A stretch of DNA of 64,000 nt from an uncultured SAR86 cluster bacterium. Lineage in GTDB: Bacteria; Pseudomonadota; Gammaproteobacteria; Magnimaribacterales; D2472. Positions 56,887 through 64,000 of this stretch are shown here, one piece after another. Position 1 is the first letter of the stretch, and the number at the start of each line of letters is the position of its first letter. Under the pieces are notes generated by a model. The model searched no databases, was not told the origin of the DNA, and was given only the letters and a program-made list of their open reading frames with translations. Location: the NCBI GenBank assembly GCA_902509965.1, contig CABWZP010000001.1:72694-136693 (forward strand). Direction: 5' to 3'. The translations under genes were made by a program, and so were the position numbers.

Positions 56887-59085
56887 TTGAATGACAAGGT
56901 TCTCCCAAACAATCTAATTGAAGACAATCCAGAAGAATCATTACTAAAGTTCCCTAAAGACTTCTATCTAGAAGCTAAAACCTATCTAAACAAAGAAGAT
57001 ATTCGTTTAATAAGAAAAGCTTATTCATTTGCACATGATGCTCACCAAGGGCAAAAAAGAAAAGATGGCACAGACTATATTTCTCATCCAACTGCTGTCG
57101 CTAAAGTCTTACTAGAACTAGGAATGGATGCTGAGTGTATATGCGCAGGCTTTATGCATGACGTGCTTGAAGACTGCGATATTCAAAAAACTAATCTAGA
57201 AAAAATATTTAATAAAGACATTGCTAATATTGTTGACGGTGTGAGTAAGCTTGGAAAAATAGATCTTGAAGATAAAGCTGAAAGAAATGCCAATAACTTT
57301 CAGAAAATGGCTCTTGCCATGGCAAATGATGTAAGGGTCATCGTGGTGAAACTTTCTGACAGGTTGCATAATATGCGGACTATTTCTCATTTACCTAGAT
57401 ATAAACAGATATATATTTGTAAGGAAACATTGGAGATATACGGTCCACTTGCTCTCAGGATTGGAATGCAGGATGTAAGAGCTGAACTTGAGGATAGAGC
57501 ATTCAAATGCCTTCATCCGCTAAGAGCCAAGATGTTGAAATCTGCAATTAAAAAAGCTAGCGGCGGCAGAAAAAAAATTATCTATAAGATTAGAAAAGAA
57601 TTAAAAGCTCACTTAAAAAATAATGGAATTCTAAGCACAGTTCAAGGTAGAGAAAAAAATCTATACAGCGTATATCGAAAAATTAAAGTTAAGCACAAAC
57701 CTTTTTCAGAAATTCTGGATGTTTATGCCTTTAGGATTATTGTCAATTCAGCTGATGATTGTTATAGAAGTCTTGGCATTATTCATAATTGTTATAAGCC
57801 AATTGAGCAAAGGTTTAAAGATTATATTGCTATACCAAAATCAAATGGATATCAGGGTTTGCATACATCTCTTTTAGCTTTAGATGCTATTCCAGTGGAG
57901 GTCCAGATTCAAACAAAAAGCATGGAAGTTATTGCTGAAAAAGGCATAGCTGCTCATTGGGCCTATAAAACTGACGATGTTGAATCAGGAAAAGAATTCA
58001 GAGCAAGAAGATGGATGTCTAGTATTGTTGATTTGCATAAAAAATCATCTGATCCCGAAGAGTTTGTCGAGTCTATTAAAACAGATCTTTTTTCAGATGA
58101 AGTTTATGTTTTTACACCCAAAGGAAATATCGTAAATCTAAAAACAGGCGCTACCCCTATAGATTTTGCTTATGAACTTCATACTGACCTTGGTAATACC
58201 ATAGTGGGCTGCCTTGTTAACAGAAAAGAAGCTCCTTTAAATATAGAGCTTGAAAATGGTGCGACAGTTGAAATCATTACTGATAAATCTATCAATGTTG
58301 ATCCAGCATGGTTAAATTTTGTTGTTAGCAGCAAGGCAAGGACCGGTATTAGAAATCAGCTTAGACATCAAAAAATTTCCCAAGCAAGAAAAGCTGGAAA
58401 AGTAATGCTTGAATCAGAACTAAAAAGAGCAGGCCACAGTCTAGAGGATTATCGTGGTGGAAGATTGAATTCCGTATTGCAAATGCTCGGTGTTAAGTCC
58501 CTGAATCAGCTATTAACCGATTTAGGCTTAGGTAAAAGGACAGGAAATTTAGTTGCAGAAAGATTTTATGAAGGCCTGCAAATACGTAAAGATATTTCTG
58601 AAGATCTTCACCCTGTAGTACTTATGGATAACAAGATTGAAGGTGTTTCAGTCAGATATGCAAAATGTTGTATGCCTATTTTTGGAGATCCAATCACAGC
58701 ACATTCAGATACTGAAAGAGGGATTGTAGTTCATCATTCTAGATGCCAACAAGTCGCACCTTTTAAGCAAAGTGATTCTAGATATCTTGAAACAAATTGG
58801 GGTGGAGATAAAACAAATAGAACTTATACCGCTCACCTTCAAATTGTTGCAGAAAATAAAATTGGCATCCTAGCAGATGTTATTTCTACTTTTACTAAAC
58901 GCGGGATAAACATCGTTGCTGTTAATACCAAAGACTTGGACGTTAAATTTACGGATTGTAATTTTGAGATAGATATTGAAAATGTAGAAGAGTTACGTAA
59001 AATCATGCAAAAAGTACGTTCGATGAAGTTCGTTGAAAGCTGTAGAAGAATTATTAATGATGCCAAGACAGTAAATGAGAACTAA
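56887..59085 (+). CDS. spoT: bifunctional (p)ppGpp synthetase/hydrolase
   Basis: HD hydrolase domain (HPTAVA...HDVLED), synthetase block GYQGLHTS, and TGS and ACT C-terminal domains. The TTG start lies 7 nt after AAGGAG, in the order gmk-rpoZ-spoT. Confidence 0.93.
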   Translation: MNDKVLPNNLIEDNPEESLLKFPKDFYLEAKTYLNKEDIRLIRKAYSFAHDAHQGQKRKDGTDYISHPTAVAKVLLELGMDAECICAGFMHDVLEDCDIQKTNLEKIFNKDIANIVDGVSKLGKIDLEDKAERNANNFQKMALAMANDVRVIVVKLSDRLHNMRTISHLPRYKQIYICKETLEIYGPLALRIGMQDVRAELEDRAFKCLHPLRAKMLKSAIKKASGGRKKIIYKIRKELKAHLKNNGILSTVQGREKNLYSVYRKIKVKHKPFSEILDVYAFRIIVNSADDCYRSLGIIHNCYKPIEQRFKDYIAIPKSNGYQGLHTSLLALDAIPVEVQIQTKSMEVIAEKGIAAHWAYKTDDVESGKEFRARRWMSSIVDLHKKSSDPEEFVESIKTDLFSDEVYVFTPKGNIVNLKTGATPIDFAYELHTDLGNTIVGCLVNRKEAPLNIELENGATVEIITDKSINVDPAWLNFVVSSKARTGIRNQLRHQKISQARKAGKVMLESELKRAGHSLEDYRGGRLNSVLQMLGVKSLNQLLTDLGLGKRTGNLVAERFYEGLQIRKDISEDLHPVVLMDNKIEGVSVRYAKCCMPIFGDPITAHSDTERGIVVHHSRCQQVAPFKQSDSRYLETNWGGDKTNRTYTAHLQIVAENKIGILADVISTFTKRGINIVAVNTKDLDVKFTDCNFEIDIENVEELRKIMQKVRSMKFVESCRRIINDAKTVNEN

Positions 59086-59152
59086 ATGTTGGCTGTTCTA
59101 TATAATACTAATTCTGATACCGTCTTTTGCATTTTCAGATAGTGAGTCAATT

Positions 59153-59539
59153 ATGAGTAAGAAAATTATATTTACAGAAGAAGCGCCAAAAGCGCTAGGT
59201 CCATACTCTCAAGGTGTAGTTGTAGGTAATACTTTATACATATCTGGGCAAATTCCTCTAAATCCAGAAACTGAAACTCTAGTAAGTGGTTCGATTAAAG
59301 AACAGGCTGAACAAGTAATCTCTAATTTAGAAAGTATTTGTTCCGCAGCCAATGCATCACTTGGTGATATAGTGAAATTAAATATTTATTTGACTGATCT
59401 AGCCAACTTTGCCGAAGTAAATCAAGTCATGCAGAATAGATTTTCAGAACCATACCCAGCTAGAGCAACTGTTCAGGTTGTAGCTCTTCCTTTAAATGTT
59501 GAAATTGAAATGGACGCAATTGTTTATCTAAATGAATAA
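59153..59539 (+). CDS. ridA: RidA (YjgF/TdcF) family reactive-intermediate deaminase
   Basis: MSKKIIFTEEAPKALGPYSQGV is the canonical RidA N-terminus, with a C-terminal PARATVQV...EIEMDAIV. The ORF is also open in frame upstream to 59075 (see findings). Confidence 0.9.
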   Translation: MSKKIIFTEEAPKALGPYSQGVVVGNTLYISGQIPLNPETETLVSGSIKEQAEQVISNLESICSAANASLGDIVKLNIYLTDLANFAEVNQVMQNRFSEPYPARATVQVVALPLNVEIEMDAIVYLNE

Positions 59540-60440
59540 AAACTTATTATCGTTAGCTCAATTATCCAGAAAAGAAATAGAAGATCTAATTAGTTTTGCT
59601 GAGAAATTTATTAATGATGATGGAACTTTTAAAAAAGAATCATTATTTCCAGATAAAACTATTGCAAATATTTTTTGCGAGCCAAGCACCAGAACTAAAT
59701 CTTCATTTGAAATTGCTGCAAAAAATCTAGGCTGCAATGTTCTTGATTTTGATACAGAAACTTCTTCATTACAAAAAGGAGAATCTATTTACGATACTGT
59801 AGATGCTCTATCTTTGATGGGTGTAGATATGTGTGTATTAAGACACTCTGAGTCTGTTATTCATGAATTAATACAATACATTCCTGAGATGTCATTTATT
59901 AATGGGGGAGAAGGGTCTATCTCTCATCCAACCCAAGGATTGCTTGATTTAATGACTATTACTCAGCATAAAGAAACCATTGATGATCAAAATATTGTTA
60001 TTGTTGGTGATTTAGATCACTCAAGAGTCACAGCTTCATTTATTGAAGGAATTAGTAATTTTGATTTTAAATCACTTACTTTTTCTGGTCATCCTGAGAT
60101 GTGTAAATCATTTCACAATCATCCCAAGGGTAAATACGAGCCTGATCTTAATATAGCCATTGAAGGAGCAGACGTTATAGTAGCCTTGCGCATTCAACAT
60201 GAAAGGCTCGAAGCACAAGATATAGTTGACATTGATCAGTATAAATATGAATATCAGATTAATTCTGAAAGATTAGCAATGGCACATGAAGATGCTATTT
60301 TAATGCATCCCGGTCCTGTCAATCTAGATATCGAAATATCAACAATGGTCTATGAATCAGATCAATGTGTAATAAGACAACAAATTGCTAATGGGGTTGC
60401 TATGAGAATGGCAGTTTTATCTCAGTATCTTAGCGGTTAA
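59532..60440 (+). CDS. pyrB: aspartate carbamoyltransferase catalytic subunit
   Basis: Carbamoyl-phosphate motif EPSTRTKSSFE, with HPTQGLLD, GDLDHSRV and HPGPVN; 302 aa. No pyrI or pyrC-like gene follows. Confidence 0.9.
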   Translation: MNKNLLSLAQLSRKEIEDLISFAEKFINDDGTFKKESLFPDKTIANIFCEPSTRTKSSFEIAAKNLGCNVLDFDTETSSLQKGESIYDTVDALSLMGVDMCVLRHSESVIHELIQYIPEMSFINGGEGSISHPTQGLLDLMTITQHKETIDDQNIVIVGDLDHSRVTASFIEGISNFDFKSLTFSGHPEMCKSFHNHPKGKYEPDLNIAIEGADVIVALRIQHERLEAQDIVDIDQYKYEYQINSERLAMAHEDAILMHPGPVNLDIEISTMVYESDQCVIRQQIANGVAMRMAVLSQYLSG

Positions 60441-61032
60441 GAACTCTTTCGACAGTATCTACAATGGTTACTGTATTTTGATCTAATTCAATATTAATTT
60501 TATCTTTCTTTTCTAAAGTGCCAAGGTTAGTCACCTTTAAAGTTTCAGGTATCAAATGAATATTAAAATGTGCTTTATTCACCTTGCCAACTGTAAGGCT
60601 GCAACCATTAATACCAACATAGCCTTTTTCTAATATATATTTACCTTTTCCTTCAGGAATACTTATTTTCATATCAATTGAAGATTCTTTCGCACTGATA
60701 TTTATAATCTTTGCAACACCATGAATATGACCTGACATCAGGTGACCACCAATTTCAGACGACGATGTTATAGATCTTTCAAGATTAACTTTCTGTCCTT
60801 TAACAAGATTTCCAAGAGTGCTTCTTGATAAAGTTTCTTCTATAACGTCAAACTTAATAATATCTGAATTACTATTTTTAGCTGTCAAACAGACTCCATC
60901 CACAGATACACTGGCACCCTTTTTGAGCTTTTTACTAAAATTTTTTGGAGCTTTAATTTCAATGGAAAGAATATCATGTTTATCTTTGATAGATTTAATA
61001 GATCCCAATCCTGAAACAATTCCTGAAAACAA
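60430..61032 (-). CDS. ribE: riboflavin synthase
   Basis: MFSGIVSGLGSI start, a duplicated lumazine-binding barrel (GASVSVDGVCLT / GINGCSLTV), 200 aa. Confidence 0.92.
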   Translation of the reverse strand: MFSGIVSGLGSIKSIKDKHDILSIEIKAPKNFSKKLKKGASVSVDGVCLTAKNSNSDIIKFDVIEETLSRSTLGNLVKGQKVNLERSITSSSEIGGHLMSGHIHGVAKIINISAKESSIDMKISIPEGKGKYILEKGYVGINGCSLTVGKVNKAHFNIHLIPETLKVTNLGTLEKKDKINIELDQNTVTIVDTVERVLNR

Positions 61033-61033
61033 T

Positions 61034-61672
61034 TTACGCTCCCCAGCTTTCTCTATAAGCTTTTAAGTTTGGTAAATGCTCAGAATACTCTGGATCTTTT
61101 GCAGAAAACTGAATTAAAGCATCAAGATTAATTATAGAAATAACTCTCATCCCATATTTATTCTCAAGTTCCGCCCTTGCAGAAACTGATCCTTGGCCTT
61201 TTTCCTGCCTATCAAGACCAATTAACATTAAATTTGGATTTGCCCCTAGAGACTTAATGCTTTCTATAGACTCTTTAGCAGCTGTTCCTGCTGAAATAAC
61301 ATCATCAATAATTAGTACATCCCCTATAGGATTTGCACCAATAATATTGCCACCTTCACCATGATCTTTTACCTCTTTTCTATTAAAAGAGAGCGGGTAA
61401 TTCTTACCATTTTTTGAAAGAACTGTTGAAAGGATAGAGCCTAAAAATATACCTTTATATGCTGGACCATAAATACAATCAAATTGTATATTGGCATCCT
61501 TTATGGCCTCCTCATAACAGCCTGCAAGCTCATAAAGGTTTGAGCCATTAAGCATTTTAGCTGCATTAAAAAAGTATGGACTTTGTCTTCCAGATTTTAA
61601 AGTAAAATTACCAAATTCTAATGCTTTAGCTTCAAGGGCTAGATTAAGAAATTTTTGTTGAAAGTCTTTCAC
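61034..61672 (-). CDS. pyrE: orotate phosphoribosyltransferase
   Basis: FTLKSGRQSPYFFN and the PRPP loop VLIIDDVISAGTA, in an rph-pyrE pair. Confidence 0.95.
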   Translation of the reverse strand: MKDFQQKFLNLALEAKALEFGNFTLKSGRQSPYFFNAAKMLNGSNLYELAGCYEEAIKDANIQFDCIYGPAYKGIFLGSILSTVLSKNGKNYPLSFNRKEVKDHGEGGNIIGANPIGDVLIIDDVISAGTAAKESIESIKSLGANPNLMLIGLDRQEKGQGSVSARAELENKYGMRVISIINLDALIQFSAKDPEYSEHLPNLKAYRESWGA

Positions 61673-62377
61673 CTATTTTAAGCAAGATTTTTGTATCTCA
61701 ATAATATCATTAATAGCAACTTTTCCAATATCCAGCATATTATTGAGTTCATCTTGGGAGAATGGTGCTTCTTCAGCCGTACCTTGGATTTCAATTACAT
61801 CAAGATCTTCAGTCATGACAAGATTAAGATCTGTATCAGCATTGCTGTCCTCTTTGTAATCTAGATCTAATAATACTTCTTGGTCGATAATGCCAAGAGA
61901 GACAGCAGCAACATAAGACTTTATTGCTCTATGGTCATCATGATGATCTTGTAGAGCCTTAAATAAAGCTACACAGCCTCCAGTAATAGATGCAGTTCGA
62001 GTTCCTCCATCTGCTTGAAGTACATCACAGTCAATTGAGATTGTTTTGCCTTGAATATATTTAAGATTCACAGCTTGCCTTAAAGATCTCCCAATCAACC
62101 TTTGAATTTCTTGAGTTCTTCCACTTTGCTTTCCTCTAGCAGCTTCTCTATTCATTCTTTCATTAGTAGAGCGGGGCAACATTCCATATTCAGCAGTAAT
62201 CCAGCCTTCATTACTTCCGCGCATCCATCTTGGAACACTATGTTCAATTGTTGCTGTGCAAAGCACATGAGTATTACCAAATTTTACTAAAGCAGATCCT
62301 TCAGCATGAATATTTACATCTGTTTCTATAGAGACTTCTCGTGTCTGGTTAGCTTGTCTGTTATTACTTCTTTCCAT
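61673..62377 (-). CDS. rph: ribonuclease PH
   Basis: HAEGSALVKFGNTHVLCTA, GRTQEIQRLIGRSLR and LQADGGTRTASITG blocks. Confidence 0.95.
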   Translation of the reverse strand: MERSNNRQANQTREVSIETDVNIHAEGSALVKFGNTHVLCTATIEHSVPRWMRGSNEGWITAEYGMLPRSTNERMNREAARGKQSGRTQEIQRLIGRSLRQAVNLKYIQGKTISIDCDVLQADGGTRTASITGGCVALFKALQDHHDDHRAIKSYVAAVSLGIIDQEVLLDLDYKEDSNADTDLNLVMTEDLDVIEIQGTAEEAPFSQDELNNMLDIGKVAINDIIEIQKSCLK

Positions 62378-62428
62378 GTTAGGGCCTCGGGAGGTTTATA
62401 TTCTTTCAAATATAAAGTGATTTGAAAT

Positions 62429-62872
62429 TTAACTTAATTGATCTTTTACTATTTTACTTACCAGACCCATATCAGCTGATCCTGCAAGAGGGCCCTTTAA
62501 AACCCCCATAACTTTTCCAATATCTTGCATAGATTCTGCACCAGTTTCATTGATGACAGCTTTAACCTTTGCAACAATTTCTGATTCATCTAATTGGGCA
62601 GGTTTGTAAGCTGAGAGAATATCTAGCTCTACCTTTTCTATTTCAGCTAGATCGGGACGATTTCCTTTAGTGAATTGGTCTATAGAGTCATTTCTTTGTT
62701 TAACCATTTTATTAATAATTTGAAGAACCTGAGCATCGTCAACTTCAACCTTGTTATCAATTCCAAATCTTTGTATTTCTGCAAGCAGCATTCTTAATGT
62801 ATCCCTTACAGGAACATTTTTATCAAGCATGGATTGCTTAAGGTGTGATTTAATATCTGCGAGAAGCGCCAA
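62429..62872 (-). CDS. yqeY: GatB/YqeY domain-containing protein
   Basis: 147 aa matching the YqeY pattern (ALLADIKSHLKQSM...LSAYKP), downstream of rpsU as in pseudomonads. Confidence 0.85.
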   Translation of the reverse strand: MALLADIKSHLKQSMLDKNVPVRDTLRMLLAEIQRFGIDNKVEVDDAQVLQIINKMVKQRNDSIDQFTKGNRPDLAEIEKVELDILSAYKPAQLDESEIVAKVKAVINETGAESMQDIGKVMGVLKGPLAGSADMGLVSKIVKDQLS

Positions 62873-62875
62873 GAT

Positions 62876-63094
62876 TTATCGGTAAGATCTCTGTCTTGAA
62901 AATGAGAACTTTCTATTTGTTTTATGAGCTCTTTTAACAGCTGCTGCCATTAAACGTTTCCTTTTTGCTGTAGGCTTCTCATAGAACTCCCTTGCTCTTA
63001 TTTCAGGTACAATAGCTGCTTTTTCACAGGCACGCTTGAACTTTCTAAGACCAATGTCAAAATGTTCTGTTTCTTTTATTATAATAGAAGGCAT
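62876..63094 (-). CDS. rpsU: 30S ribosomal protein S21
   Basis: [28 protein letters not shown]... is the canonical S21 sequence; 72 aa. Confidence 0.95.
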   Translation of the reverse strand: MPSIIIKETEHFDIGLRKFKRACEKAAIVPEIRAREFYEKPTAKRKRLMAAAVKRAHKTNRKFSFSRQRSYR

Positions 63095-63145
63095 AATTAG
63101 TCGCGTAGTTTAGGCTTTTATTAGGAAATTTGCAAAACTTTTTTT

Positions 63146-64000
63146 ATGTTAACTTTAGGAATTGAAACCTCGTGTGATGAAACAGCTGTTGCACTTTACG
63201 ATAGTGAAGAGGGCTTAGTTGGAGAATCTGTATTTAGTCAGATTGATATGCATGCAGAGTATGGAGGAGTTGTTCCAGAATTAGCCTCAAGAGATCATTG
63301 TTTAAAGATAATCTCAGTCTTAGAAGATGCTTTGGGTGCTAGAAATATTTCTGAAATAGATCAGATTGCATATACATCAGGACCAGGCTTGCTTGGAGCT
63401 TTATTAGTTGGTGAAAGCTTTGCTCACGGATTATCTGCAGGACTTGGAAAGCCAACAATACCAGTTCATCACTTAGAAGCCCACCTCATGGCCCCAGCAC
63501 TAGATTTTGATGATATAGGTTTTCCCTTTATTTCTTTATTAGTCTCTGGTGGACACTCTTTAATTATCGATGTTAAAGGTCTTGGAGATTATACAATTCT
63601 TGGAGAGTCACAAGATGATGCTGTCGGCGAAGCTTTTGATAAGGTTGGTAAGCTTTTAAACCTGCCTTACCCAGGCGGACCTCATATAGAAAGAATTGCT
63701 AGGGACGGTGATCCTAAGAAGTTCAATTACCCAAGACCAATGATGCATAGCGATAATTTAAATCTTAGTTTTAGTGGCTTAAAGACTGCAGTTTTATACT
63801 CTATTAGAGATATTGAAAATCTTGAGGAGCATATCCCAGATGTAGCAGCTTCTTTTCAAAGAGCAGCTATTGATGTATTAGTTTCAAAAATTAAAAAGTC
63901 TCTTATTCAAACTAATAGAGATACTCTTATACTTGCAGGTGGTGTTGCTGCAAATGGATTGCTTCGAGATGAAATGAGTAAGCTGAAAGACGAACTTAAT
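63146..64000 (+). CDS. tsaD: tRNA N6-adenosine threonylcarbamoyltransferase, 3' end outside the window
   Basis: MLTLGIETSCDETAVALYD start and HHLEAHL metal-binding motif. It is divergent from rpsU as in most gammaproteobacteria and stays in frame to the window edge. Confidence 0.93.
   Translation, partial: MLTLGIETSCDETAVALYDSEEGLVGESVFSQIDMHAEYGGVVPELASRDHCLKIISVLEDALGARNISEIDQIAYTSGPGLLGALLVGESFAHGLSAGLGKPTIPVHHLEAHLMAPALDFDDIGFPFISLLVSGGHSLIIDVKGLGDYTILGESQDDAVGEAFDKVGKLLNLPYPGGPHIERIARDGDPKKFNYPRPMMHSDNLNLSFSGLKTAVLYSIRDIENLEEHIPDVAASFQRAAIDVLVSKIKKSLIQTNRDTLILAGGVAANGLLRDEMSKLKDELN

Noticed and set aside
1-64000. CRISPR arrays, tandem repeats, IS elements, rRNA
   Set aside because: Reading through the few non-coding gaps (all under ~235 nt) showed no spaced direct repeats, no inverted-repeat-flanked transposase and no rRNA-like sequence. 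I could not run an exhaustive repeat search inside coding regions.

Overview
The window is a very AT-rich, extremely gene-dense chromosomal segment. I call 73 protein-coding genes and one tRNA. I saw no rRNA, CRISPR array, transposase, integrase or prophage genes. The gene order points to a gammaproteobacterium with pseudomonad-like synteny: yggS-proC-yggT-metXW-rdgB-hemW-trmB, argS-SPOR, lgt-thyA, gcvTHP, glnA-slot-ntrBC, ubiCA, gmk-rpoZ-spoT, rph-pyrE and tsaD/rpsU-yqeY. The base composition and the many 1-14 nt gene overlaps suggest a streamlined, probably marine planktonic lineage, but that taxon guess is inference only. Most of the content is housekeeping. The less ordinary modules are:
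(1) an operon with a HlyD adaptor, one ABC ATPase and three tandem FtsX/MacB-type permeases, with no outer-membrane factor, preceded by a di-iron lipid hydroxylase-like gene and an MDR reductase;
(2) a eukaryote-like type II glutamine synthetase in the classical glnA position upstream of ntrBC, with a clear sigma-54 promoter and NtrC-like enhancer sites;
(3) a complete Vibrio-type TonB2/Ttp six-gene energy-transduction cluster with no adjacent receptor;
(4) an angiotensin-converting-enzyme-like (M2) lipoprotein;
(5) a 56-aa rubredoxin missing from the ORF track, translationally coupled to a DAACS transporter and followed by a K+-dependent, Na+-type-looking membrane pyrophosphatase.
I did not find a gene set I can confidently call a new system; the three-permease ABC operon is my best candidate. 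All functional calls rest on motif and family recognition from the translated ORFs. No database search was run.
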